Counted from the stretch's first letter, positions 48,944-59,680 are shown. The stretch: DNA of 64,000 nucleotides from an uncultured delta proteobacterium (GCA_963735595.1 CAVTLK010000001.1:544001-608000), one strand, 5' to 3'. Numbers and translations: made by a program. Notes: generated from the letters alone by a model not told the origin.

Positions 48944-49389
48944 TACCTCATAACCTTAACCGTCAGCACCGGGCACTCGGCCCCCCGGAGAACGCGTTCT
49001 ACGGTGCTGCCGAAGATAAGGTGGTCGAGGCCCGACCTGCCGTGAGTCCCCATAATAATCACGTCCACCTTCTTCTCGGCGGCGATCTTCAGGATCTCCC
49101 GATAGGGGTCGCCCTTTGCCAGTATCGACTCATGCTGAATCTTCTTGTCGAAGTACTTCAGGCAAAACTCATTAAGGCTCTTCTTGGCGGAGAGATAGAC
49201 CTCCCCCATTACCGTCTCCAGCGAGATGTGCGGAAGGTAGAGTCCCGTGTAGTCATCGAGGCTTGACACAACATGCAACACAAATACCTTGGCCGAGAAG
49301 CATGTACCGAATGTCAGGGCGTATTCGGCCAGCAACTCCGACGAATCCGAAAAGTCCACGGGAATCAGAACCGTTTTGATTTCTTTCAT
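48943..49389 (-). CDS. Universal stress protein
   Basis: LIPVDFS, IIMGTHGRSG, FGSTVERV...CPVLTV. Confidence 0.93.
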   Translation of the reverse strand: MKEIKTVLIPVDFSDSSELLAEYALTFGTCFSAKVFVLHVVSSLDDYTGLYLPHISLETVMGEVYLSAKKSLNEFCLKYFDKKIQHESILAKGDPYREILKIAAEKKVDVIIMGTHGRSGLDHLIFGSTVERVLRGAECPVLTVKVMR

Positions 49390-49662
49390 GGTCCGCTATT
49401 CCCCCCTTGATCTACCTATGCCGCCCTATGTTGCCCTATGTCGCCATGGCCGGGCCTATAACGATCAAGAGCGCCCCAAAGTCGACTAATTTTATCAAAA
49501 GCATCCGTCAAAGACAAGAAGGAATAAAATACTTGACATGAGAGATTTTTTAATATATATTTTAGGCATATTTATCTATATTTTTACGTATTTAAGACAT
49601 ATATAAGGTATAATTTAGCATATTTTAGAAGAATACCACGTCCGCACAGGACTTGAGTGACC

Positions 49663-50582
49663 ATGAAAGGTAAGATTCTCTGTGCCGTCTCTCTCGCAAT
49701 GATGCTCGTCTTTGCCGCTTCGGTCCTCTGCGAGGCCGACACCGCCGGCGTCCTGATGAACACCGCCCAGGATAAATACGAGACACTTCTGAAATCCGAA
49801 AAACGGCGGTCGTCCAAGTCGATGTGGCTTGAGGTCATCAACGCGTTCGATCGGGTCGTAAAGGGGTATCCAGGCTCCGAGGAGGCGCCGCTGGCCCTCT
49901 TCGCAGAGGCGTGTATCTGGCGGGAGATGTTCAACTACTCTATCACGCTCGGTGAGCTCTACCGCTCCGAGGCGACGTTCAAGAAGTTCATCAAGACATA
50001 TCCCAAACACAAACTGGTTGTCGACGCTAAACGGAATATCGAGGAGATCCAGAACCAGAAGAAGAATAACAGCCTCATCACCGTATCGACGGCCAAACCG
50101 GATCCGGAAAAGTTCCCGGGCCGTACGACCGCCCTAAAGGACGACCCGAAGGACACCGCGTGTCCGCCAATCAATAGCTATTCCGAGAAGATCACGAAGG
50201 TCGATAAGAAAGACACGAAGAAATCCGGGACCGGTTCCGTTGCGTCGCCGGCGTCTATCGAGAAGATTCGCTATTTTACCGACGACGCACGGACACGGAT
50301 AGTGGTTGACCTGGACGCGACCGTTGCCTTTGAAGACGCGGCCCTGCCGCCCGATTCGCCCGGCGGCATTCCGCCCCGTATCTACGTGGACCTGGTCGGC
50401 GCAAGCGTCTCCTCGGGCCTGTACGGCCCCCTGGCCGTTAAAGACGGCCTGGTCTCGCGGATACGCTGGTCAAAAAAGGAAGGGGCCGTGCGGGTAGTGC
50501 TCGACCTGGAAAAAAAGGCGGACTACACCGTATTCCGCCTGGCGAACCCACACCGTTAGTCATCGATGTATCACGAAACTAA
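49663..50582 (+). CDS. Exported TPR-like plus AMIN domain protein with no catalytic domain; 1-nt deletion near the 3' end
   Basis: Signal peptide, AMIN (TRIVVDL...PRIYVDL...VRVVLDL). The ORF stops at NPHR*, but adding one T gives the canonical PHRLVIDVSRN* ending at 50582. Confidence 0.78.
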
Positions 50583-50762
50583 GCAATTGCTCCCTCATGA
50601 GATCCTGTAATTCCCAACACGGTTAACGTCAACTCCCGTAATCCCGTGCTCGCCACAGCACCCTTTCCCCCCGTACCGGGACAATCATAAGGGATAATAC
50701 CGCCGGCAAAACCTCAAGGACATCGAGGCTCCGTCCGATGGCACATACGGGATGCGGTGCCG

Positions 50763-51402
50763 TTAGGCCGAGAGGACATTCTCGAAGACCTTGACGGCCT
50801 TGACCGCGTCTTCGCCGTACGCGTCAACACCCATCTCTTTGGCGAGCTTTTCGGAGGTACAGGCCCCGCCGATAACGATCTTCACCTTGTTGCGAAGTCC
50901 CGCTTCCGTAAGCGCGTCAACGGTGTCCTTGATGCTGCCGATCATCGTGGTCAGCAGGATCGAGAGCCCCAGCGCCGGCGCCTTGGCGTCTCTAACGGCG
51001 GCAACGATCTTATCCTCGGGCACGTCAACGCCCAGGTCGACAACCGTATAGTCCGACGCCGAAAGCATCATGCCCACGATGTTCTTTCCGATATCGTGGA
51101 TATCGCCCTTGACGGTCGCCAGCACCACGGTCCCCTTCTTGCCCGCGTCTTTTTTGTCTATCTTATCGTCAAGAACGGCCATCCCCTCCTTCATCACCTC
51201 ACCGGCCAGAATCAGGTCGGCCAGGAAGTATTCACCGCTCTCAAAACGCTGCTCCGACTACCGCCATTCCCTCTCCCATTCCCTCTTTGATGATGGTCCA
51301 CGGATCGACTCCTTCGTCGAGGGCTTTCTTGATAAGGCCCTGAACATTGTCGAGGTCCAGGTCCACTATCGCCTCTTTTACCATCCGTACGGATTCCTTC
51401 AT
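50763..51402 (-). CDS. Cobalamin-binding corrinoid protein (B12 cap + B12-binding), one frameshift at about 51250
   Basis: MKESVRMVKEAIVDLD...GMAVVG continues in another frame as RFESGEYFLADLILAGEVMK...GDIHDIGKN (DxHxxG), IGGA. Confidence 0.88.
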
Positions 51403-51425
51403 GGTCGTTGCACTCCTTCTTGGAA

Positions 51426-52223
51426 TTACGGGATAATATTGTTCTTTCGAAACTGGGTAAGATAGTTCCTGCAGTAGGGATCTTTACCGAGGAGCATTTC
51501 GGAAACGGCGGCCGCCGTCGTGAGCTTTTTGTCAAGGGGGTCGATAATGGCCGCGTCAAGTCCCGCACCCACGGCCAGCGTCAGGAAGGTCCGATTGATA
51601 AGGAATCGCTCGGGCATCCCGTACGAAATATTGGAAAGGCCGCAGATGATGTGAACACCGGGTATCTCGGCCCTGATACGTCCGATCGTCTCCAGCACCA
51701 TCGTGCCCTTGGTGTGGTCGGCGCTGATCGTCTGGACGAGCGGGTCAAGGAATATGTGTTCCCGTGAGATGCCGATCCCCTCGAGGGTCTGGACCATCCG
51801 TTCGGCGTTGCTGTACGCCTGGTCGGCGGTCTTGGGAAGTCCCGAATCGTCCATGCAAAGCGCGACGATATCCGCCTCGCGCTCCGTCAGCGCGGGCTTC
51901 ATCTCGGCCAGCTTCTTTGACTCCAGCGAAACCGAGTTGATCATCGGGGTCTTGGTGAGCTTGTGGATATTCTTGAGGATTACACGGCTGCTGGAGCTGT
52001 CGATGGAGATGCGCGAGTCCACCACCCCCTGGACGAGGTCGATCATCCAGGCCATGTCGGCCTCTTCACGATCGGGGTGGGCCCCGGCGTTTATGTCGAT
52101 GATGTCGGCCCCCGCGGCGAACTGATCGGTCGCCTCCTTGATAACGAGGGCTTCATCCTTTTTCTCTATGGCTTCCCGAACCGCTTTCCGCGCGGCGTTG
52201 AGCCTTTCCGCAACAATGATCAT
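51426..52223 (-). CDS. Methyltetrahydrofolate:corrinoid methyltransferase (AcsE/MetH pterin-binding family)
   Basis: IVAERLN, DINAG, ISIDS, INSVS, FLDPLV, CGLSNISYGMPER, AAIIDP. Confidence 0.92.
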   Translation of the reverse strand: MIIVAERLNAARKAVREAIEKKDEALVIKEATDQFAAGADIIDINAGAHPDREEADMAWMIDLVQGVVDSRISIDSSSSRVILKNIHKLTKTPMINSVSLESKKLAEMKPALTEREADIVALCMDDSGLPKTADQAYSNAERMVQTLEGIGISREHIFLDPLVQTISADHTKGTMVLETIGRIRAEIPGVHIICGLSNISYGMPERFLINRTFLTLAVGAGLDAAIIDPLDKKLTTAAAVSEMLLGKDPYCRNYLTQFRKNNIIP

Positions 52224-52348
52224 CGCGATCCTCTCTCAACGATCAGAGCCTTGTACTCGTGCTGGATGACGCTACCATACCGCCCGGGTATTGTCAAGGC
52301 AAATGGGATACTGCACCGGCGCCTGCACCCGGTTATAATCGGCAACCG

Positions 52349-53013
52349 TCATTTGCTCATAACCATATGGAGCGCCGCCATCGTCGGGGGTATCAGCGGG
52401 AAATCCGCCCGATCGGTTTCGTTCGAGTGCCGCTGTCCGGCGTCGACCCAGAGCCACTGTTCGACCTCGGGACGTATTCCATCGCCCGCCTCCTGTCCCT
52501 CGGGCATCTCGGTGAGAAAGAAGACGGTGTAAAACCGCATCGGAGCAAACGCCGGCGTGGTAAAGAGCTGCAGGAACTCCAGCCGGTGTCCTGCAAAAGA
52601 ACAGGTTACGCGCGACCACCTCGTCGATGAATGGGATGTCTCCCCGGTAATCGACCGGCTAATCTCCCGGTAGGACTCGCCCGAGACTATCCTCCCTGCC
52701 TCATCGCACAGGAGCAGCACACCCGATTCCTCGAACAGCTCGCGCACGGCCGCCGTGTAGAATCCGAGGGGGTCGTGTCCGTCCCGGTCGAGTCTTTTCG
52801 AGGTCATCCGGACGCGCGCCCAGGATCCTGTCGGTCGCCCGGGATTCGTAGGTCGGCGGCATCAACCCTGCCGCCGGGAAAAACATAGTACCCGCCCAAG
52901 AAACGCCATGGATCGCGGCCTTCGGGTGAGGAAGACTTCCTGCGTCCCCCGGTTCGCCGCACAGCGACCACCGTGGCGGCAGGTTTCGGCGTTACCGGTG
53001 GATCAGGAGCCAT
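52349..53013 (-). pseudogene. NUDIX hydrolase (NUDT19-like) broken by at least 4 indels, possibly sequencing errors
   Basis: Fragments in alternating frames: PKPAATVV / EVFLTRRPRSMAF / GGYYVFPGGRVD / AAVRELFEESG / TTP..APMRFYTVFF / LIPPT. The 3' end is approximate. Confidence 0.75.
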
Positions 53014-53968
53014 TGATACTCCTTGATGTGGTCGATAAATTCCCCGATGATCTCGTGGCTTTTCCGTCTGTATGGAACCCGAAGGTGAGGATATAGCGAA
53101 TCTCGGGGTCGTCCCTGATCTGAAAGAGGTCCATCAGGCCGCCCCCCTCCCACGAAATGCCCCCTCGACGCAGCGCCCGCTTGAGGTGCTCGAAACAGAT
53201 CGTTACCTCATGGTGGGAAAAGAGGATGATCTTCTTCGGCCAGCGGTCGGTCCGGGTGTCGCGCAGGAGCCCGGTCATCGGCTCCGGACAGCGACCAGTC
53301 CGACGAGTGTTCGATGACAAACAGTCGATCGGTCTTGCCATCGCCATCCTCGATGAATCGACCGCGCCCGTGTTGAGGTGGATGGTATCGGGGGCCTCCG
53401 CGGATCGATGTCGAGCGTTCGGATGAAGTCGCGGGCCTGTTCGAGTAGGGAATCCTGTCGTCCGATCCGTTTGGCTCGCTCGGGCCCGGATGCCGCCCGG
53501 TAGCGCCGGTGAGGCGCCTCTTCGGTATATCGACCAGCGCCGGGAAGTCGCCCATGTTTTCGTTGGATATGATCAGGTCAAACCGGTCGGACCGCCCCAA
53601 GAAGTCGAATACGTCGGCCTCGATAACTGCGGCCCGGTCTCCAAAGCCGGCGAGCGTCTGCCGCTGGCGCCCGCAGAAGACCGGGCTGATATCCACCATT
53701 GTCATCGTTATGGCGGGAAACCGGCCGAGAAGGTATCGGGCGAGATTGCCGTATCCTCCTCCCACCTCCAGGATCCGAAAACCGTCCCGTATCATCCCCC
53801 GGCCTTCCAGGAAGTCGCCGATGACGTCGCCGTAGGCCCTCCGGACCTCAAGCGCCTCCGTGTAGGGAGACGCCGGGTCTCTCAGGCTCTCGCTGATTGT
53901 CTGCTCCCAGCCGAGGCTCGCCCGATCGGACCGGTGGTAGGGCTCGTGTCGTTTTCGGAGATGGTCAT
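52992..53968 (-). pseudogene. Class I SAM-dependent methyltransferase broken by several indels, possibly sequencing errors
   Basis: Reconstructed MTISENDTSPYHRSDRASLGWEQT...ILEVGGGYG...VDISP...ISNENMGDFP...EYQWLLIHR*; fragments lie in different frames. Confidence 0.65.
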
Positions 53969-55000
53969 CGGCCCTTCTGAAACACCTCCCGAACAGGCCC
54001 CGATCGCCGTCTCGATATCGTCTGAGGACACCTCGAGATTGGCGACACACCTGACCTTCGTCGGGCCGAAGGGAAACATCATCACCCCGCGTTTGCCCAT
54101 CTCGATGACGACATCGACCGGAGTCATCCGCGCGGGATCGACTTCAAATATAACGATATTGGTATCCACCTCTTCAGGATTTACGATAACGTCGGGAAGC
54201 CTGGAAAGCGCCTCCGCAAGCTTCCTGGCATTGGCGTGATCCTCGGCCAAGCGGCCGATGTGGTGGTCTATCGCATACAGGGCGGCGGCGGCGGCAATAC
54301 CAACCTGACGCTGCCCTCCGCCCACCATCTTCCGGTAGCGGTGAACCCGCTCGATAACGGCCCCGTCCCCGGCGATCATCGAGCCCATCGGGGCCCCCAG
54401 CCCCTTTGAGAAACAGATCGTAACGGTATCGAAGTGCTGCGTATATTGCGCGGCGGCGATCCCCGAGGCGACCGCGGCGTTGAGGAGCCGGGCCCCGTCC
54501 ATGTGCATGGATATCCCCCGCTCGGCGCAGAGCTCCCTGATACGCGCAATCTCGTCTATCGGGATGATGGCCCCCCCGGCGCGGTTATGGGTGTTCTCGA
54601 TGACGACGACCGAACTCCTCGGCTGGTGTACGTCGGGCGGCCGGATCGCCGCCTCCACCTGCTGGCGCGTGATGAGCCCCCGCCTGCCCTCGATGGGCCT
54701 GAGCTGCACGCCGGAAAAGACCGCCGACCCGGCGGCCTCGTAGATAAAGACGTGGCTTTCCGCCTCGAGGATAACCTCCTCCCCCGGCTGGGTAAGCGCC
54801 TTGATGGAAAGGAGGTTTCCCATCGTGCCGGAGGCGACCCAGAGGGCCCGCTCCTTGCCGAGGAGCGCGGCCACGCGTTCCTGAAGCCGGTTGACCGTTG
54901 GGTCTTCGTAGAATACGTCGTCCCCGACCTCTGCCTCGAAGATGGCCCGGCGCATCGGTTCGGTGGGTTTGGTAATGGTATCGCTTCTTAGATCGATCAT
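53965..55000 (-). CDS. ltaE: Low-specificity L-threonine aldolase (1-nt insertion near the 3' end)
   Basis: IDLRSDT, VGDDV, SGTMGN, ENTHNR.GG, HMDGARL.NA, CFSKGLGAPMGS. The natural end REVFQKGR* (ATGA overlap at 53965-53968) is in a shifted frame. Confidence 0.92.
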
Positions 55001-55026
55001 TGAGCGGCCTTTCATGGTATGGTGAG

Positions 55027-56247
55027 TTATGCTCTACTCCCGAGAGCCCGATCGAGCTCCCGCAGGAATGACTCGCTGTCGGTGACAATGCCGAGGGCCT
55101 GAAACGAGCCGCGGTCCGAGAGCTTCGTGGCGGCCGCAGGGTTTATGTCAACGGCTACCGTCCTGACGTACGCCGGCAGCAGGTTCCCGGTGGCCACCGA
55201 GTGGAGGGTAGAGGCCACCATGATCACCAGGCCGACGCCCCGCGACAGCCTCCTCATCTCGGCCTGCGCCTCCTGGGTGTCGGTGATCACCTCCGGCAGC
55301 GGCCCGTCGTCCCTGATGGAGCCCGCCAGCACGAAGGGGATGTCTTTCATGACCAAGCTATACATGACACCCGAAGTAAGGACTCCCTGCCGGACCGCGT
55401 TCCGTATCCCCCCGAGCCGGCGGATCGTATTGATGGCCCTCAGGTGATGTTCGTGTCCGCCGGCCGCCGGCATTCCCCGATCGAGATAGAACCCCAGGGA
55501 CGTGCCGAACAGGGCATACTCGATATCGTGGACGGCCAACGCGTTGCCGGCAAACAGGACGTCAACATACCCGGTCTCGATAATCCGGGAAAGATAGACG
55601 CCCGCCCCCGTGTGAATGACGGCGGGTCCGGCCACCACGAGGATCTTTTTTTTCGCCTCCTTGGCGGCCCTCATCTCGGCGGCTATCTTCTTAATCAGCT
55701 CGCCCTTCGGTTTCTCCGACGAGACCCCCGATCCCATGAACTCGAAGATCTCCCGTTCCCGTGACCGTTCGAGCGGGACGACCCTGATGCCGTCGTGCCC
55801 CACGACAAATGCGTCTCCCTTTTTCACCTCCCCGATAGGCACTGTCTCGGCATTGCCCTTTTTGGGATCAATCCTTATTCCGCAATCCATTTCCGGGTTG
55901 GCCACTTCACGCCAGAGACCTCCGATAAACACGCGGGTTTCCAGGTTTGTCGTCGAATAGAAACCTTCCGGAAAAACGCCGTCCATAGACGCATTCTCCC
56001 ATTTTACCTCGCGGTCATGGGCGACCAGCGCCCCCATGCCCTGGACCGTTTCCAGGATATCAATAAGGGAAGCGTCGGTATCGGCGAAGACCCGTATCCG
56101 GGCGTAGCTCGTCTCGGTCTTCTGCTTTCCCATTCGGAACTCTTCGACATCGAAGTTCCCTCCCCGTTCCATGATCTCGGTAAGCACGCGGGGAAGGATG
56201 AGAGAGTCGATGATGTGTCCCGATAGCTCGATCAATTCCTCGGGCAT
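55027..56247 (-). CDS. TIGR00300-type LOR/SDH-domain protein (ornithine cyclodeaminase-like)
   Basis: GHIIDS, FYSTTN, EMDC, FEFMGSGVSSEKP, GNALAVHDIE, LAGSIRDDGPLP, LHSVATGNLLP, KLSDRGS. Confidence 0.85.
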   Translation of the reverse strand: MPEELIELSGHIIDSLILPRVLTEIMERGGNFDVEEFRMGKQKTETSYARIRVFADTDASLIDILETVQGMGALVAHDREVKWENASMDGVFPEGFYSTTNLETRVFIGGLWREVANPEMDCGIRIDPKKGNAETVPIGEVKKGDAFVVGHDGIRVVPLERSREREIFEFMGSGVSSEKPKGELIKKIAAEMRAAKEAKKKILVVAGPAVIHTGAGVYLSRIIETGYVDVLFAGNALAVHDIEYALFGTSLGFYLDRGMPAAGGHEHHLRAINTIRRLGGIRNAVRQGVLTSGVMYSLVMKDIPFVLAGSIRDDGPLPEVITDTQEAQAEMRRLSRGVGLVIMVASTLHSVATGNLLPAYVRTVAVDINPAAATKLSDRGSFQALGIVTDSESFLRELDRALGSRA

Positions 56248-56379
56248 ACGATGGTTTCCTTGATTACGGTGTAGCTATTTATATCAAAAAAAGGGCATTC
56301 CGGCAACTCCATATTGACAGTTGCGGCAAATTTTGGTAAGAATCATTCATCAGATTATCAATGAAGATTGGAAGACTCC

Positions 56380-57420
56380 ATGGGTATTACCTATAAAGAC
56401 GCCGGCGTCGATATCAACAGGGGCAACCTTTTCGTCAGCATGATCAGGCAGGCGGTCGAGTCGACCCGGACGAAAGGAGTTATCGGGGGTATCGGCGGGT
56501 TCGGCGGTTTCTTTCGCCCGAATATTACCGGCATGAAGGAGCCGGTTATCGTCTCATCTACCGACGGCGTCGGAACAAAACTCGCCGTTGCCCAGATGAT
56601 GGGTATTCACGATACCATCGGGATCGACCTGGTGGCCATGTCGGTCAACGATATAGTCGTGACCGGGGCCCTTCCCCTCTTCTTCCTGGACTATATCGCC
56701 ACCGGAAAGCTCGAAGAGGGGGTGCTCGTCTCCGTCGTCTCCGGTATTGCCGCCGGTTGCCGGGACGCCGGCTGCGCGCTGATCGGCGGAGAGACCGCCG
56801 AGATGCCGGGATTTTACCCCGAAGGTAAGTACGATCTGGCGGGATTTGCCGTGGGCATGGTAGACCGGCGCTCCATCATCGACGGGAGCGCTATCAAGAA
56901 GGGGGACGTTATCGTCGGCATCCCTTCTTCGGGGCTGCACAGCAACGGTTACTCCCTGGCCCGCAGGATTGTCTTTGACACGCTTAAGCTCAAACCCGGC
57001 GATACCGTCCAGGGGCTTGAGAAAACCATCGGCGAGGAGCTCCTGGTTCCGACCAGGATCTACGTCCGGGCGATCCGCGCGCTGGTCGGGAACGTCACGA
57101 TAACGGCGCTGGCCCACATTACCGGCGGAGGCCTCATCGACAATATCGAGCGGCTGCTGCCCGAGGGGCTCTCTGCCGTTATCGACCGCAGATCCTGGGA
57201 GGTCCCGCCGATCTTTGCATTTCTTCAACGGGCCGGCTCCGTCGACTCCATCGAGATGCTGCGGACCTTCAACAACGGCATCGGGATGGCGGTCATAGTG
57301 CGGGAACGGACCGCCGATCGGGCCTTGAAGATACTCAGGACGATGGGCGAGGACGCTACCGTCATCGGCCGGATCGAGAAGCGGCAGGAAGCCGCACCGG
57401 CCGTATCGTTCGTACCATAA
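56380..57420 (+). CDS. purM: Phosphoribosylformylglycinamidine cyclo-ligase
   Basis: YKDAGVD, TDGVGTK, GIDLVAM, GGETAEMPG, SSGLHSNGYSL, HITGGG, TFNNGIG. Confidence 0.97.
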   Translation: MGITYKDAGVDINRGNLFVSMIRQAVESTRTKGVIGGIGGFGGFFRPNITGMKEPVIVSSTDGVGTKLAVAQMMGIHDTIGIDLVAMSVNDIVVTGALPLFFLDYIATGKLEEGVLVSVVSGIAAGCRDAGCALIGGETAEMPGFYPEGKYDLAGFAVGMVDRRSIIDGSAIKKGDVIVGIPSSGLHSNGYSLARRIVFDTLKLKPGDTVQGLEKTIGEELLVPTRIYVRAIRALVGNVTITALAHITGGGLIDNIERLLPEGLSAVIDRRSWEVPPIFAFLQRAGSVDSIEMLRTFNNGIGMAVIVRERTADRALKILRTMGEDATVIGRIEKRQEAAPAVSFVP

Positions 57421-57438
57421 TGATCCGGGGAAGATGTC

Positions 57439-58098
57439 ATGTATTCTATCGCCGTTTTCATCTCGGGCAGCGGCTCCAATCTCCAATCGATCATCGACGC
57501 CATCCATGACCGCCGGGTGTCGGCCCGGATCGCTGTCGTCCTCTCCAACGAACCGGACGCCTACGGCCTTGTCCGGGCGCAGCAGCACGGCATACCCACC
57601 GCCGTCGTCAACCACCGGGACTACGCGAACCGTCAGGAGTTTGAAGAGGCCGTCCTTTCGGTGCTCGGGGATTTCCCGGTCGATCTCATCTGCCTCGCCG
57701 GTTTCATGCGGCTGTTGACCCCCGGGTTCCTGAGACGATTCCCCCATCGGGTAATCAATATCCACCCCGCACTCCTGCCGTCGTTCCCCGGCACGCATGG
57801 GCAACGCGACGCCTATAATTACGGGGTGAGGTTCTCCGGCTGTACGATCCACTTCGTGGACGACGGCGTTGATACCGGACCCATCATCATGCAGGCCGTT
57901 GTTCCGGTGCTGCCCGACGACGATGAAGAAAAGCTCAAGGCCAGGATTCTGGCGCAGGAACATAAAATCTATCCTCAGGTGATTCAGTTTTTCGCCGAAG
58001 GCCGCGTAACGGTCGCCGGCAAAAAGGTCGTCATCGCCGGAGCCAAGATCGATACCAAGCTCGCGTATACCAACCCGCCACTTGAGATATTTACATGA
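57439..58098 (+). CDS. purN: Phosphoribosylglycinamide formyltransferase
   Basis: SGSGSNLQ, LAGFMRLL, NIHPALLP, HFVDDGVDTGPII. Confidence 0.97.
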   Translation: MYSIAVFISGSGSNLQSIIDAIHDRRVSARIAVVLSNEPDAYGLVRAQQHGIPTAVVNHRDYANRQEFEEAVLSVLGDFPVDLICLAGFMRLLTPGFLRRFPHRVINIHPALLPSFPGTHGQRDAYNYGVRFSGCTIHFVDDGVDTGPIIMQAVVPVLPDDDEEKLKARILAQEHKIYPQVIQFFAEGRVTVAGKKVVIAGAKIDTKLAYTNPPLEIFT

Positions 58099-58538
58099 TC
58101 TACCTGGTCAGCGCCTGTCTTGTCGGGATCAATTGCCGCTACGATGGGGCCAGTTCTTATTCGGCGAGGGTAGCGTCGTTCCTTGAGAACCGGCAGTTCC
58201 TGCCGGTATGTCCCGAGATCCTCGCCGGCCTGGGGGTTCCGCGCCCTCCCTGCCGCTTTTCCGGTGGGGACGGGCAGGCATTGCTTGCCGGCTCAGCCCG
58301 GATCATGGACGAAAACGGAAATGACCTGACCGAATCGTACCTGATTGGCGCAAACAAGGCGCTGGCGTTTGTGCGGGAGAGGGGGATTGAGTACGCACTC
58401 CTCAACGAACGCAGCCCCTCCTGCGGGGTGCACGAGGTCTACATCGGCCGCGACAAGTCCCCGGGGATGGGCGTAATGACGGCCCTGCTCGTGAGAGAAG
58501 GGATCCGGGTGATGTCCGATGAGCGGCCTTTCATATAG
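58095..58538 (+). CDS. DUF523 / thiouracil desulfurase-family Fe-S protein
   Basis: VSACLVG..CRYDG, VCPE..GLGVPR, ERSPSCG; ATGA overlap with purN. Confidence 0.9.
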   Translation: MIYLVSACLVGINCRYDGASSYSARVASFLENRQFLPVCPEILAGLGVPRPPCRFSGGDGQALLAGSARIMDENGNDLTESYLIGANKALAFVRERGIEYALLNERSPSCGVHEVYIGRDKSPGMGVMTALLVREGIRVMSDERPFI

Positions 58539-58660
58539 CGCGCGGTCTGCTATCGCCGCCGGCCGCACGCGACATTACCGTGGATTTATGTCTTCCTTTG
58601 TGATACCGTTTCCTTTACATACAGCCATTATCAATCTCACACCCTAACGGGGGACCTATC

Positions 58661-59584
58661 ATGAAAGCAAAGACGTTTACGATCAAGGGCAAGGGCGGGG
58701 CGAAGGTCTTCGTCTACTCCTGGCTTCCGGATTCAAAGCCGTTGGCCGCCGTCCAGATAGCTCACGGCATGGCCGAACACGCGGCCCGCTACGAGAGGTT
58801 TGCGGAGGCTCTGACGAAGTCGGGATTCGCCGTTTACGCCAACGATCAGCGTGGACACGGTAAGACCGCAGGCCCGCTGGAAAAGGTCGGCTGGGTCGCC
58901 GAAAACGACGGCTGGGACCTCATCGTTGACGATCTCCACCAACTTTCCGATACCATCCGCAAGGAACATCCCGGAGTCCCTCTCTTCCTCTTCGGGCACA
59001 GCATGGGCTCGTTTCTGTCCCGCAACTACATCTCCCGCTGGGGCGGCGACCTCCAAGGGGTCGTCCTGTCCGGTACGGGCGGAAACCCCGGCCTGCTGGG
59101 GAAGGTCGGAGCTCTCGTAGCGGGGTTAGAAAAGAAAATCAAGGGCGGTAAGGCCAAGAGCCCGCTCTTGACGTCGCTTTCGTTCGGCGCGTTCAATAAA
59201 CCATTCAAGCCCAACCGTACGGAATTCGACTGGCTCTCCCGTGATAACGCCGAGGTGGACAAATACGTCGCCGACCCCTATTGCGGCGGTGTCTTTTCTA
59301 CCGGTTTCTGGGTCGATTTCCTCAAGGGGCTGGCGGTCCTCTATCGGTCTGACTACTTCCCCAAAGTCCCCAAAAGCCTTCCCGTATACCTCTTTTCGGG
59401 GGAGAAGGACCCGGTGGGAAACAACACCAAGGGCGTGAAAGAGGTATACGACTCGTATAAGAAAGCGGGATTTACCGACGTGAGCATGAAGATCTATCCC
59501 AACGGACGCCATGAGATGCTCAACGAGACCAACCGCGCCGAGGTCTTTAAGGACGTAATCGATTGGCTCAAGAAACATATGTAA
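58661..59584 (+). CDS. Alpha/beta hydrolase (lysophospholipase-like)
   Basis: HGMAEH..RY, DQRGHG, GHSMG nucleophile elbow, GEKDPV, RHEMLNE. Confidence 0.92.
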   Translation: MKAKTFTIKGKGGAKVFVYSWLPDSKPLAAVQIAHGMAEHAARYERFAEALTKSGFAVYANDQRGHGKTAGPLEKVGWVAENDGWDLIVDDLHQLSDTIRKEHPGVPLFLFGHSMGSFLSRNYISRWGGDLQGVVLSGTGGNPGLLGKVGALVAGLEKKIKGGKAKSPLLTSLSFGAFNKPFKPNRTEFDWLSRDNAEVDKYVADPYCGGVFSTGFWVDFLKGLAVLYRSDYFPKVPKSLPVYLFSGEKDPVGNNTKGVKEVYDSYKKAGFTDVSMKIYPNGRHEMLNETNRAEVFKDVIDWLKKHM

Positions 59585-59680
59585 TAGGCGATTGATCGCG
59601 AGGCGTGTCGCGCCGCGGCTGCCGGGGCACCGTTCATAGAAATGCACATGACCAGACTCCCGATATAAGAGGAGTTAACA

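Noticed and set aside
51240..51255. In-frame TGA in the corrinoid protein as a possible selenocysteine
   Set aside because: The conserved sequence resumes in a different frame (RFESGEYFL), so this is a frameshift, not read-through.
53882..55015. Apparent C-terminally extended ltaE or fusion with the methyltransferase
   Set aside because: Explained by single-base indels; the natural ltaE stop and the next start overlap as ATGA at 53965-53968.
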